Assembly: GCA_964549615.1 (NCBI GenBank)
Contig: CAZJVP010000099.1
Coordinates: forward strand, 88,004-152,003
DNA from: an uncultured Thermococci archaeon
GTDB lineage: Archaea; CAYQAE01; CAYVLA01
DNA: 64,000 bases
Direction of reading: 5' to 3'
Positions 19,497 through 30,303 of this stretch are shown here, piece by piece. How positions within the stretch are numbered: position 1 is the stretch's first letter; each line of letters begins with the position of its first letter. The notes below the pieces were generated by a model that worked only from the letters and a program-made list of their open reading frames with translations, made no database searches and was not told the origin of the DNA. A program made the translations under genes and the position numbers.

Positions 19497-20597
19497 GTGT
19501 CTGGCCAGGAGTACTGTGCAGTTCCCTACAGCCCGGACTTGCTGCCAGACATCGCGCAGCTGATGGTCTATCTGTGGGGCGGCGATCCGGAGGCCAACAC
19601 GTCCTACTTCCGGTGGAAATACGAGCGTAACCCGCATTCAGACGAGCCCCTTGCCGTGGTAGGCCTGAGGGGGAGCAAAGTTGTGGGGTTCCGCGGGTTC
19701 TTCGCCACCAAGTGGACCGCGGGACGGGACCAGACGGTGAGGGTGCTCTGCCCTAGCGATACATGCGTCCACCCGGACCACCGCAGGAGAGGGCTTTCCG
19801 TATTGATGGGCAGGGCGGCGATGCGACTGTATGAGGGCAGATACCCCATATTCCTCAACACGAGCTGCAGCCACCAATCCCTTCCCGGCTACGTTAGGAT
19901 GGGCTTCCTTCCTCTCGCTCAACGGAACTACCTCGCGAAGGTGCGTCTTTCAGCGTTTTTCTCATCATTGCCGGTCTTGAGCCCTGTCAGTCGGATCCTT
20001 AGAGGGCAGGGGCCGTCCCAGGCCCAAGGGCTAAGACTGCCGCTTGGTGGTGCCTTGGAGTTCCTGGTCACAGATAGAGTTTTGCCCGAAGAGATGGCCG
20101 GAGTCGTCGCCAAGCGGGGACGAAACCCCGCCCGCCTCACCCTCTGCCAGGATGAGGCGTATTTCCGGTGGAGATTCGCCAGCGGGAGAAGGCGCTACTC
20201 CTTCTGCTACCTTATGGAGGGGCAGAAGGTTGCGGGCTACGCAGCTCTAAGGCTCTTCCGGAGGGGACGCGCCACGATCATCGACTACGGAGGAGTAGAT
20301 GAGAACTGCACAAAGACGCTTCTGGGTGCCGCCGTTGCAACGTTGAGGCTCGACGTGCTCTCCATCTGGGACTTCTCCGTGGAAAGTTCGCTCAGGCAGT
20401 ACCTCAGCTCGCTAGGATTTCGGCGGGACTCCCTGACAGCCTTCATAGAGAAGAGATTGTGGGGAGAGGTTTCCCTCCCTCTTCTGGTGCGTCCCGTCGC
20501 GGAGAGCTTCCGAGAGGACGACTGGTACATCGGGGGGCTGGACGTTCGCAGGATCGAGAGCTGGCTCATAAGGGAGATTTGCTCGGATGCCGCGTGA
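19497..20597 (+). CDS. GNAT family acyltransferase (tandem GNAT domains)
   Basis: YFRWKYERNP, DTCVHPDHRRRGL motif A, YFRWRF in the second domain. GTG 19497 follows a TATA-like CATTATAT at about 19453; the longer ORF start would overlap the divergent gene. Confidence 0.82.
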   Translation: MSGQEYCAVPYSPDLLPDIAQLMVYLWGGDPEANTSYFRWKYERNPHSDEPLAVVGLRGSKVVGFRGFFATKWTAGRDQTVRVLCPSDTCVHPDHRRRGLSVLMGRAAMRLYEGRYPIFLNTSCSHQSLPGYVRMGFLPLAQRNYLAKVRLSAFFSSLPVLSPVSRILRGQGPSQAQGLRLPLGGALEFLVTDRVLPEEMAGVVAKRGRNPARLTLCQDEAYFRWRFASGRRRYSFCYLMEGQKVAGYAALRLFRRGRATIIDYGGVDENCTKTLLGAAVATLRLDVLSIWDFSVESSLRQYLSSLGFRRDSLTAFIEKRLWGEVSLPLLVRPVAESFREDDWYIGGLDVRRIESWLIREICSDAA

Positions 20598-20761
20598 CCT
20601 GCGACTGAGTGCCAAGAGAATTGTGCCACGCGCCGCATCGGGCCGCTCTCTATGAACGAATAGGATGAGTGGGACGGCAGAAGGAAAGCAATTGACAGAA
20701 GTGCCCCGTTTCCCATAAGAATCCCCACAGCTAGTGCACTCAGACGAAGGCGGGTGTATCG

Positions 20762-21646
20762 ATGTTCGCTCGGACCGGGAGGCCCAGAAGTCTGAGCACG
20801 CTTTGCCTAGTGGCTCTATCGCCGGTGCCTCTCTTACTGTTCTACGTCCTGCCCCCAGCCTCAACGGTTCCCGTCCAACTCGTAGACAACTGTGACTTCA
20901 GATCCTGGGAGGACGGGAATCCTACGTGATGGGAGGTGGTGATGGAACAGGGCACTACGCTTGCACCCAGCCTCGACAGCGCCCATGGGGGTTTCTCCGT
21001 CCAGATGAACACGACCGACTCCTACGATGTGTATCTGCGCCAAGAGATATGGGTAGATGAGTCGGTTTGCCGCTCGGTGATTCTTGGGTTCGTCTTCAGG
21101 ATCGACGAGATCGACGACATCGACTCCAACGGCCAGCACAGCCTCACGGGACTGGAGATCGGCCTTGAGGGAGGGGATGTGGACTGGGACGGCCAGCCCG
21201 AGTATATGTACCACTACTTCTTCACCGATGAGTGCGTGAGGGCGGAGGACTTCCCGGCATGGCAGTACAATACCACGCCCACGGATGCACCCCACAAGAT
21301 GGCCTTCCTTCACAGGGTCGACTCGGTTGGCGTCTGGAACAGCTTCGAATGCAACATCTCACACCTCTTCCTCGAAAACCTGGGGGGCTTTCCGCGTGGT
21401 GCCATAGACCTCCGCGTCTGGGCGTTTAGGTGGGGGGATGGAAAACCGGATTCCGGGATAAGGGCAACGATCGACTCGGTCGGCATCTGGGTTCCCGAAG
21501 GGACCGCCATAGCCATTCTGGTACTGGGCGCCATGGCCGGCGCATCCCACCGACTGCTTGACAAGGCCTGCGCGGGCCAATCCGCTCAGCCTGCAGATTG
21601 CCATGAAGCTCCGACGACCGCACGCGCCGAGCACGATCTTAAGTAG
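20762..21646 (+). pseudogene. Secreted CBM-like protein with VPE-TM tail, interrupted by an in-frame TGA
   Basis: ATG 20762 gives a signal peptide then QLVDNCDFRSWEDGNPT*WEVV (TGA 20927-20929), in frame with ORF 20936..21646, which contains WVPEGTAIAILVLGAMAGASHR near its end. Confidence 0.7.
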
Positions 21647-21970
21647 GGCGGGAACCGTCCGAGGTGATCAGAAAGAGGCCGTCCCGCAGTTGGCGACGCG
21701 AAGCACGCACGGCGCGCTTCGGATCGCTTCGATCGAGAGCGATGCAACCCTTTTCCAACCCGCTTCGAAGTGGATCCGAGTCAAAGCGGGGCGGGAGTTG
21801 TTGAGGGCGGTACCTGGCTATCTCCTGGCGTACGGGCGGCCTGCGTCTGGCTCTCTCCGGGAGCGACGTCCGGTCCGGGCAAGCCGGATAATTCCCGGTC
21901 CGGAGAGTCCCGGAACAACTTTTCGCGCCGGACCGTCCCAGCCGTCCGGGCATCCAAGGAGGACCGATCG

Positions 21971-23611
21971 ATGACCGTGGGAGAGCTCCGCGCATCCAAG
22001 AGCCCCGCCTCGCACCAGGTCGACAGCCGCGGGCTGGCCATCCTCGGATTGCTGATCATCCTCGTTGTCGGCTCGAGCCTGAGGATCTTTCGGCTCTCGT
22101 CGGAGAGCCTCTGGCTGGATGAGACGACGAGCGTACTCATATCACAGGTTGAGTGGGCCAAGTCTTGGGAATCGATGGCGAGCGATCCCAACCCTCCCCT
22201 ACACTATCTTGCCCTGCGTTGGTGGATCGGGGTCTTCGGCGACAGCGAATCGTCGGTGAGGATGCTGTCCGTCGTCTTCGGGATCGTCTCGATAGCCTTC
22301 ATGTACCTCACGGCGCGGCAGCTCCTCGGCGAGGCCGTGGGACTGCTTGCAAGCCTCATCCTCGCCTTGTCCCAGCTGCACATCACCTACTCCCAGGAGG
22401 CCCGCGCATACGCGATGATGTCCATGCTCGCCCTCGTCTCGACATACTGCCTGCTGAGGTTCCTGCGGCATGACGGGTCGAGAAACCTTCTAGGGGTCTT
22501 CTTCTCGAATGTTTGCATGCTCTACACGCACGTCTTCGCCTCCTTCGTTCTCGCATCCCAAGCACTCTTCGTCGCCTACCTGTGGCTGAGGCAATCAAAC
22601 GCGTCTGCATGCGGGGGCCGCGCTTCGTCGGAGGCCGCGGGAGTGTCGGAATCCAAACCTGGCCCCCCATTCGGCGGCGTTGAGAGGAGGGGCCTCCTTC
22701 GGTGGGTTGTATGTCAGTTCTTCGTCGCATTGGCCTTTGCGCCCTGGGTTGCGAACATGCTGGCAAACCTTGCCAGGATAAGGGGCCTCAGCCCTGAAGG
22801 TGTCCCAGGGATGGGAATATCTTGGCTTGGAAGGCCTAGCGTGGCGGGCCTTGCGAGGACCTTGGAGCACTACAGCGGTGCTGGCGAAGTCGGACTCCTC
22901 CTCTTCTTCTGCCTCTTCGTCCTCGGCGTCTTCTGCGTCGGTAAGCACTCCGGCAGATTCTCTTGGCGCGCGCCCGCAGTCTCCCTCTCCACCTATTCGT
23001 GGACCCTCACGCTTGGAAGCCTCGATGCCGTGGTGCTTCTGCTCTCCTGGCTGGCGTTTCCCACGCTTGTCCCGTTCATCCTTTCCATCGTCCTCTTCCC
23101 CATCTACGACCCACGCTACACCATCGCCGCCTCCCTGAGCTACTACATCCTCGTTGCAAGGGGGATCAGAAACGTCGCGGCTGGCACGAACAGACTGGTC
23201 GGCATGCTCTTGGTCTGCATGCTCTGTGCGTCAAGCGCATGGGGCCTTCGGCCCTACTATGCCCAGACCCAAAAGGAGCAGTGGAGGGAGACGGAGAGAT
23301 ACATATCTGCGAACATGGCCGCCGGCGAGATCATAGTGTTCAATGCCCCCTACGTGCGCGGCGCGTTCTGGTACTACCACCGTCACCACGGAAATACGAC
23401 CTATCTCACAGGGGCGCACACCGTGCAAGAGTTGCACGAGGTGCTGAATCAGAACCCGACGGCGACGGGCATCTGGCTCGTGCTTTCCCACGACCGTTTC
23501 ACCGACCCGCAAGGATCCGTCAAGAAAGAGCTTGACGCAACATATCTCCTGCGGGAGGAAAAGCACTTCGTGGGCATAGCGATCCGTCACTACACTGCAA
23601 GGAACGATTGA
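21971..23611 (+). CDS. GT-C membrane glycosyltransferase (ArnT/PMT-like), paralogue of 5813..7453
   Basis: SLWLDE, NPPLHY, SQEARAY, QKEQWRE, FNAPYV, WLVLSH..FTDPQG shared with 5813..7453. Confidence 0.88.
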   Translation: MTVGELRASKSPASHQVDSRGLAILGLLIILVVGSSLRIFRLSSESLWLDETTSVLISQVEWAKSWESMASDPNPPLHYLALRWWIGVFGDSESSVRMLSVVFGIVSIAFMYLTARQLLGEAVGLLASLILALSQLHITYSQEARAYAMMSMLALVSTYCLLRFLRHDGSRNLLGVFFSNVCMLYTHVFASFVLASQALFVAYLWLRQSNASACGGRASSEAAGVSESKPGPPFGGVERRGLLRWVVCQFFVALAFAPWVANMLANLARIRGLSPEGVPGMGISWLGRPSVAGLARTLEHYSGAGEVGLLLFFCLFVLGVFCVGKHSGRFSWRAPAVSLSTYSWTLTLGSLDAVVLLLSWLAFPTLVPFILSIVLFPIYDPRYTIAASLSYYILVARGIRNVAAGTNRLVGMLLVCMLCASSAWGLRPYYAQTQKEQWRETERYISANMAAGEIIVFNAPYVRGAFWYYHRHHGNTTYLTGAHTVQELHEVLNQNPTATGIWLVLSHDRFTDPQGSVKKELDATYLLREEKHFVGIAIRHYTARND

Positions 23612-23872
23612 GCAGACGTAGTTCGGCAGGAGTTCGAGAGATCGTCAACAGCGCGCAGCAGCTTTCGAAGACCCGGATTGACTGCTTGATGAGCGACCCC
23701 ATGCACACCATGGTGCCTCGGGGTAGACCAGTTGGGGAACCGTCCATGCGCGCTTGTGGGTAAAGCCGCTCGCAGATCCAACCTTGCCAGCTAGGCTTTC
23801 ACCGCTAATCTTTTTCTTCCCAGCGATGGGTCCTGAAGTGAACGAGCGGAGACAGGAAGCCGGGGCGAAAAC

Positions 23873-25159
23873 TTGAAAATCGCCTTCGTTGCACCTTTCG
23901 GACTCAACGTTCTCCCGCCGTACCAGCTATCCGGAGGAATATGGATTTACGAGGTGGCGCGCAGGCTCGGCACCCGGCACGATGTGTGGGTGTACTCCTG
24001 GCGTAACCCCCTCCAAGCCGAACCGCGCAGAGATGACGTTGTACACTATAGGTTCCTCGACTCCGTGCTCGCTAGGCCCACCCGTAAGGTTTTGCACCCG
24101 CTCATGGGGCTGAGGGGTCCGCGAACACCGTATTTTGCATCGGCGCTCGCCAACCCGGGCTATAGCCTCGCAGTCGTACGAGACATCCTTCGCCAGCATT
24201 TCGACGCAATCCTAGCGGATGAAGTCTTCACACTTCCCGTCCTCTTGGGCAGTTTTTCCCGTCGGCCTCGCGTGGCTTTCCGCATGCGCGCCGAGTGGCT
24301 CGCTCAGTTCGACCGCTCCTTCGTCGAGCGGCGGATCAGGTCAAGCGACCTCGTTCTCGGCTGCAGCAGATACGTCACCGAGGCCGTGAGGCGACGATTC
24401 CCAGAATACGCGGACCGATGCCTGACGGTGTACGAGGGCGTAGACCAGGGACGGTTCGCCCCGCTCGGAGCCCGGAATGGTAGAGATCACGATCCAACAA
24501 CCTTGCTCTTCGTGGGAAGGGTTTCGCCCGAGAAGGGGCTTCACACTTTGCTAGATGCCTTCTACAAGGTCCTCAAGGAGTGCCCGGACTGCAAGTTGCA
24601 GGTCGTGGGACAATACACGTCCGCCCCACTTGAGATGATCATCTTGCCGAGCCATGACCCTGGCGTTCGTTCATTGGCTCGCTTCTACCGACCTGAATCC
24701 CAGACAGCCTACCGCGACTACCTCTTGGTTCAAGCCCAAGCCCTCGGGATTCGTGACCGGGTCAGCTTCTCAGGGCCAAGGCCGTACGAGGACATGCCGA
24801 GCTTCTATCGATGTGCGGACGTACTCGTCAACCCATCGTTCGTCGAAACATTCGGGAGGTCCCTGATCGAAGGGATGGCCTGCGGGCTTCCGGTTGTCGC
24901 GACGAGGGTAGGGGGCATGCCGGAGATCGTCGATGAGGGGCGGAATGGCCTCATGGTCGATCCAGGCGATTCGGAGGCTCTATCCCAGGCCATTCTGAAG
25001 CTGGTCTTGAATCCGAGGCAGGCGCGGTCCATGGGTCTAGCAGGCCGCAAGAAGGCCATCGATCGCTTTGCGTGGGACGTGATTGTGCCCAGACTCCTGG
25101 AGATCATAGAAGATCCTCGTCCCAGGACTGCTCGCTCACTGGTCTCGCCAAAGAAGTGA
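23873..25159 (+). CDS. Glycosyltransferase family 4
   Basis: FVGRVSPEKG, ETFGRSLIEGMACGLPVVATRVGGMPEIV, GRNGLMV. Confidence 0.92.
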   Translation: MKIAFVAPFGLNVLPPYQLSGGIWIYEVARRLGTRHDVWVYSWRNPLQAEPRRDDVVHYRFLDSVLARPTRKVLHPLMGLRGPRTPYFASALANPGYSLAVVRDILRQHFDAILADEVFTLPVLLGSFSRRPRVAFRMRAEWLAQFDRSFVERRIRSSDLVLGCSRYVTEAVRRRFPEYADRCLTVYEGVDQGRFAPLGARNGRDHDPTTLLFVGRVSPEKGLHTLLDAFYKVLKECPDCKLQVVGQYTSAPLEMIILPSHDPGVRSLARFYRPESQTAYRDYLLVQAQALGIRDRVSFSGPRPYEDMPSFYRCADVLVNPSFVETFGRSLIEGMACGLPVVATRVGGMPEIVDEGRNGLMVDPGDSEALSQAILKLVLNPRQARSMGLAGRKKAIDRFAWDVIVPRLLEIIEDPRPRTARSLVSPKK

Positions 25160-25396
25160 TCTGAGGGCTACTGCCCACCGATGGGTCCCCGACTGGCTCT
25201 TTAAGGGTCGGGCTGCCGGTCTAGCCGGCGAGCCTCGGATTCTGCCTCCCCTTCCCGGAGGCCGCCAAGCTGCGACGGACCGCTCTGTCTTGCGACAAAT
25301 CCCAAAGAAATAGCGAAATTGCGGTGAATATTTTAAGAAAGTTTTGCTCGATCTCCTCATGAGCGGCGCAAGTCTGCGTCCCGAGGTGTAGAATCA

Positions 25397-26554
25397 ATGA
25401 AGCAGATAGGAAATCTCACAATCGCGCTCCTCATCGTGCAATCCATCACTGCAGCGGTGCTCAGCGTTGACGCCGTGTCCCCGGGTCTTGACGATTTGGA
25501 GGTTTGGGTGGCCCGTGAGGCCATGAATCTGGTCGAACTGTCCCATCTTTGTGACGACCTTGCCGCGCAGATCTCTGGGGGCCGAACGGATGGTACGAAC
25601 CTCGCCGACTTGCTTGCCAGCCTGTCCGACCGGCTTGAGGCAGTCAGGACCGCGCTGGATGGCCTCGAGGCGCAGATACGATCGATGGAGATGCCCGAAT
25701 CGGATGTAACCGCAGGACTGCTCAAGGACATCGAACTTCTCAGGTCACAGAACGCCGCCCTTCGTGAGAAACTCCAGATCCTGAGGAAAGCAGCCTACGC
25801 GGGGCCGCCCCTAGCTGAAGGCGGGAGTACGGACTCTAGGCTCGTGACAAGCGCTTTGGGCAAAGCAGCATACGCCATGCTCGTCGTCTCCCAGGAGATG
25901 CGGGGAAGCTTTTTGGACATCTCGAGCATCATCGGAGCAGGCATCGGGACGCTCGCAAGGCTCAGCGATGCCACGGGTGGCCGGTTGCCAGTGGGCGCCA
26001 CGCCCGGGCTCGTGGTCACCGTCTTCGCCGTCCTCCTTGCCTTCGCGCTGGTGAGCATGGCCATTCAGACCTACTACAGGGAAGCATTCGATCATAGGGC
26101 AGACGACACCCGCATCCCGGGCCTGCTAGTAGCGTCTGCCGTGCCCTGGGGTGATGTCTCCTCACCGACAGGTGGGCCATTCTTGGACATTTCTGCCAAA
26201 GGCGAGGCGACGGGCCGCGCTGGAAAGCTTTCGGACGCAGATGAGGAGTACGCCATCATGCTTCTGAAGCTCGGCTACAGGGAGGAGGCCCTCCGGGTCG
26301 TATCCCCCGGAACGACCACTCGGCATTCGCCCCGCGGCCAAGCACCACCCCGGGATGGGGGTCAGACCGATGGATCGCTCGTCGGGCGCGCAGGGCCCGG
26401 CCCCCTGGGCAGGCAAACGCGGCGCGATCCTGCGAGGCATTTCGGACAGGCAAGGAGGCTGTACAAGAAGGCCTTCAACTCGCTGATAATAGCGGGCAGA
26501 AGGAGCAGGCGGTACAAGATGGGGCCCATCCGACGGGCCGGGAAGAAACCCTAG
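25397..26554 (+). CDS. Membrane-anchored coiled-coil protein with conserved cytoplasmic EYxxxLxxLGY motif
   Basis: Signal peptide, heptad-rich segment, TM LVVTVFAVLLAFALVSM, then DEEYAIMLLKLGYREEA; TATA-like TTTTAAG at about 25331. Confidence 0.75.
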   Translation: MKQIGNLTIALLIVQSITAAVLSVDAVSPGLDDLEVWVAREAMNLVELSHLCDDLAAQISGGRTDGTNLADLLASLSDRLEAVRTALDGLEAQIRSMEMPESDVTAGLLKDIELLRSQNAALREKLQILRKAAYAGPPLAEGGSTDSRLVTSALGKAAYAMLVVSQEMRGSFLDISSIIGAGIGTLARLSDATGGRLPVGATPGLVVTVFAVLLAFALVSMAIQTYYREAFDHRADDTRIPGLLVASAVPWGDVSSPTGGPFLDISAKGEATGRAGKLSDADEEYAIMLLKLGYREEALRVVSPGTTTRHSPRGQAPPRDGGQTDGSLVGRAGPGPLGRQTRRDPARHFGQARRLYKKAFNSLIIAGRRSRRYKMGPIRRAGKKP

Positions 26555-26808
26555 CGTTATTCCCCTAGCGGTCGAAGGGGAGATTCCCGTTGAGCGCTTG
26601 TACCCGTACCCGGCCGAGCACGCGTCGAAGACTTGCCCTGCCCGTCCTAGATGCGGTTCGTGGCCATGGATGCCAAGATCGATGAAGAACCGGGCGTGGT
26701 CCGCAGCCGGGTTGGGCCTCGGGTAGGTGCGGATCATGGGTGAGGAGAAGGAGGTCTTGCCGTTTGATCGGGACGCGACTAAGCTCAGGAAGATCTCAGG
26801 GGACGGGC

Positions 26809-27591
26809 ATGGCCGGAGAACCTTGTGAACTGGAGCGGCACAGGCAGACGAAGGAGACCTTCAGGCACCGATACGAGGTTGCATACGCGTCGGGATCGAC
26901 GTACGCGGGGTTGGCACAAAGATGGCGCGAGGTCGTCGAGTTCCCGCTGGTATCGTCCGCGACCCCCCCGGGGCTTGTCCTTGACGCGGGTTGTGGCGAC
27001 TGCACGTTGACCAGGTTCCTCTGCACCCCCTCAAGACGGATCATCGGACTCGACTTCTCATGCCATGCCCTGCAGGCCGCAAGGAAGTGGTTTCACGGCG
27101 CCAGCGATGAGACGATTCCGGAGCTGATGAGAGGGGATATCGATCGACTACCCTTCAGAGATGGTTGTTTTGACGGAACGGTCTGCGTCGGAACCCTGGA
27201 GTACTTTTCTGACCTGCGAGCGGTCCTCGCTGAGCTGGGAAGGGTCTCCAGAAGGGGCGCACGCTTGGTATTCACCGTGAGAAACAGGAGACGCGTGATA
27301 GGGGCAACCCGCCACGGAGTTGAGAGTCCAGGGAACGTCTCCCCTTTGTTTGCCTTCCACGATGTAAAACAGGTGAAAAAGGCCGTGGAAGAGGCAGGAG
27401 GGCGGAATCCGAGGATCTTGCCGTACTTCGCCATCTCTCCGGCAGGCTTGGCAGGGCTCCTCGCCGCTTTGCCCGGCCCCCTGCAAAGAGCGGGATTCCG
27501 GGTCTTGTGCCTGCTGGAGAGGATGGCGACAGCTACCCGTGCCGGGTTGCTCATCTCGAGGGTGCTCCTCGTCTCCTACACCGTGACCTGA
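26809..27591 (+). CDS. Class I SAM-dependent methyltransferase
   Basis: VLDAGCGD, IGLDFS, GDIDRLPFRDGCFD, LAELGRV..GA. Confidence 0.88.
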   Translation: MAGEPCELERHRQTKETFRHRYEVAYASGSTYAGLAQRWREVVEFPLVSSATPPGLVLDAGCGDCTLTRFLCTPSRRIIGLDFSCHALQAARKWFHGASDETIPELMRGDIDRLPFRDGCFDGTVCVGTLEYFSDLRAVLAELGRVSRRGARLVFTVRNRRRVIGATRHGVESPGNVSPLFAFHDVKQVKKAVEEAGGRNPRILPYFAISPAGLAGLLAALPGPLQRAGFRVLCLLERMATATRAGLLISRVLLVSYTVT

Positions 27592-27665
27592 CCCGCATCG
27601 TCCGCCTGGAACACCCTCGCCGTAGAAGACCGATCCCCGACGAACGCGTAGCCCATCCCGACCGA

Positions 27666-29531
27666 TCACTTTGGCACCGGTCGACCGGGCCTATCGCCGA
27701 ACGTGACGCGGAGCCAGATCTCCAGATTTACGAGCGTCCCGATGAGCTCCCAGTTCCGAGGGATGTCGGAGAAAAGCGAAAGCACGCCGTCCCGATCCAG
27801 AAGCCCAGATGCCATCAGCCTGCCTCCAAGCACCATCTCCTCGGCGAAAGCACGGAGCCCGTTTGCATACCATCGCATTAGAGGTGCGTAGAAACCGCTC
27901 TTGCCCCGCACCACCAGCCGCATAGAAAAGCCCTCTTTTTCCATCAATCTCCTGAGGAAATCCTTCGTACGTGGCCTCTCGTAGAATGCGGCTGGCTCCC
28001 TCTCTAGAACCGGCTCGCACACCCGTCTATCCATGAAGGGGTAGGTTGGGACGACGGACGCAGACCGATGCCAGTTCCACAGCGCCCTGAACCTAGATGG
28101 GTCCGACTTGGTGAAGCTCGTGAACCTGTAGGCGTTGAAAGGGCCTAGCCTGTACGCCCTGTCAAGCTCGCTTCGAAGGACGGCCATGGCTTTCGCCCAT
28201 GCGGAATCTGGCACTAGGCTCGTCGATATCACTGCGCGCGCCTTCCTAGAGGAGCGGTCGAGTCTCTTCCGGGGCAGGAAGGTCGGAAGAACTCCCTGGA
28301 TGAGAATCCTGAGCAGGTGCCGAAAGGCGGCCCGTCGGGGGGTTGTCGAGGGATCGAGATACCTTGCCAAGCAGTGCCTAAGCAGCCTGAGGCCCGAGGC
28401 AGTGACCCGCCCCTGGTATACGAGCGAATATAGCGTATCGGCCGCCAACGCTTCCAAGAGCGACGGGCGGCCCCCAAAGGACCCGTCTGCCCCATCCCCG
28501 CTGAAGACGTGCTTCGTCCCCTGCTCGGAGGCATGCAAGGCAGCGCAGTAGTAGGGCAGCCCTCCGTCTCCTTTTGCGCTTTCCTCGGCCACCCTTATGC
28601 ACTTCTCAAGAAGCCTCGGAAACGCCTCCAACGAGAGCGGCCGACCCGCCTTGTGGACTGAGCCGATTCGCTCGCTCGCAAGACGAGCGTATGGTTCCTC
28701 ATCCCAACCTCTCTCGTCGATGCCCAAGGACAGGGTCACGAGCCGGGGTTCGGTCTCGGTCTCGCGGGCCAGCTCTGATACCAGACAGCTCACCAGACTC
28801 GAGTCGGTCCCCCCGCTGAGGTAGGAGTAGAACGGTGGCTCAAGACCCGTCATCCTTTGAGCTACAGACTCTCGGAGACGTTGCCGGAACTCGTCTTGCG
28901 ATAGGGCTTCTGTTCTTCTGCGCCGAAGTACCTTCTCTGCGTCCCAGTACACGCACTCCGTGAGCCCCTGCTCGTCGATCTGGATGTAGTGACCTGGCCT
29001 CGCCTTCCTCACAGGCCTCAGCAGTGTCCGAGACGAGCCAATCTTGCCATCGACCAGGAGTTCAAGGAGGCCAGTCTCGTCGTAGTCCGGCTCGGTGTCA
29101 AGCTGCGCCAAAGACCGGAAGGAAGAGGAGAACACCAGAGCGCTGTTGACCATCCTGTAGTACAGCGGCCGACCGCCGAAGTGATCTCTAGCCAAGATAG
29201 CGCGTGTCTGTCCAGGATGGTATATGACGGCCAGGAATTCGCCGTTGAGACCCTGGAGGACGCTAGGACCGATCTGGCCGTAGAGCCTGCCAATCCCTGC
29301 GGCACTTCCTCCCTCCAGAGGGGGAAACAGCCTACCCGACAGGGCAACGAACACGTCTGAAGTCGATAACCATTCGAGCCTCTCCGCTAGGCTTTCATAA
29401 CCTCGGATCTCGAAAGGGCCCGAGCAGTAGACATGATCCGGCTCGCCTAGATCGATGTTTCCTGCGACCGCATCGATCAGGGATGTCGGGCTGCCTTCGC
29501 CCCTCGAGTAGCCGCCCACCAGGGTGCTCAT
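27666..29531 (-). CDS. Second asparagine synthase-like protein lacking N-terminal Cys (likely start ATG 29531)
   Basis: MSTLVGGY start; LNGEF, RDHFGGRPLYY, LSGGTDSS, SGDGADGSFGG, YPFMD, KDFLR; paralogue of 17359..19224. Confidence 0.85.
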   Translation of the reverse strand: MSTLVGGYSRGEGSPTSLIDAVAGNIDLGEPDHVYCSGPFEIRGYESLAERLEWLSTSDVFVALSGRLFPPLEGGSAAGIGRLYGQIGPSVLQGLNGEFLAVIYHPGQTRAILARDHFGGRPLYYRMVNSALVFSSSFRSLAQLDTEPDYDETGLLELLVDGKIGSSRTLLRPVRKARPGHYIQIDEQGLTECVYWDAEKVLRRRRTEALSQDEFRQRLRESVAQRMTGLEPPFYSYLSGGTDSSLVSCLVSELARETETEPRLVTLSLGIDERGWDEEPYARLASERIGSVHKAGRPLSLEAFPRLLEKCIRVAEESAKGDGGLPYYCAALHASEQGTKHVFSGDGADGSFGGRPSLLEALAADTLYSLVYQGRVTASGLRLLRHCLARYLDPSTTPRRAAFRHLLRILIQGVLPTFLPRKRLDRSSRKARAVISTSLVPDSAWAKAMAVLRSELDRAYRLGPFNAYRFTSFTKSDPSRFRALWNWHRSASVVPTYPFMDRRVCEPVLEREPAAFYERPRTKDFLRRLMEKEGFSMRLVVRGKSGFYAPLMRWYANGLRAFAEEMVLGGRLMASGLLDRDGVLSLFSDIPRNWELIGTLVNLEIWLRVTFGDRPGRPVPK

Positions 29532-29876
29532 TGGACTAGTCGAGGACCCGGCACGGATAAAGCTTTGGCAATCCCGGTCCCGGCTCGATTGGTCGAGGTT
29601 TCCCGCGGGCAACTCGATCGACGTCTGCCCGGTAAATCCACGTCCCAACCCGACCTAACGTCTAAAGCCAGGGTAGCCAAAGATGACCGTGTGGCAACAG
29701 GCTCGAATGGAAGCAAGCGCCCACGATAGCCACGGCGAAGTCATTTTCCCGGTCGCGAGATGCGATCGTCAAGGAGCGACCGCGAGGACACCAAGAAGAG
29801 TTCTCATAGAAGCCATCCCATGGAATCATCAGGGCCTTCTTTCCGGGGTCAGCTGTCGTAACGTGGGAGATGCGAC

Positions 29877-30176
29877 GTGTCGCACGACCTGAACGTTACC
29901 TTCCTGAACCTGCCATATCCCCGGGGATTTCGGGTACACCGGCAATATGCAGGGGGCTTCGGCACGGTCGAACACCTAGAACCGGGTGGTCAGACCGGCT
30001 CGACGCTGATGCCTCGCATATTCTCGGCCCAGGCAGCTGCAATCGCTGAGGGGATGGAACATCGCACCTTCGTCATCGACGCGCTCTGCACCACGCACGT
30101 GAACCCGGTCGAACTCCCGGTTCCTAGAGATGCGAATGCCCAGCGGGACCGCATCGGACACATGAGATTGCAATGA
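29877..30176 (+). pseudogene. 5' remnant of a B12-binding radical SAM gene
   Basis: VTFLNLPYP...RQYAGGFG...MPRIFSAQAAAI...VIDAL resembles a B12-rSAM N-terminus; ends after about 99 aa with no CxxxCxxC. Confidence 0.55.
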
Positions 30177-30303
30177 ATACCACGGGATCATTCGGAAAGG
30201 TTCCGGTCTTCCCGGCCCTGGATTCCCCAACCTTCTTTATAAAGGCCAGACGGCCCCTCATCATCGGGGCCGCAAGGAGAACCGACCACCGGGGAAGAAT
30301 CGA

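Noticed and set aside
17359-29531. Lasso peptide cluster (Cys-less AsnB-like proteins as cyclases)
   Set aside because: No transglutaminase-like B2, RRE/PqqD B1 or precursor with a YxxP..T leader was seen; the context is glycosylation.
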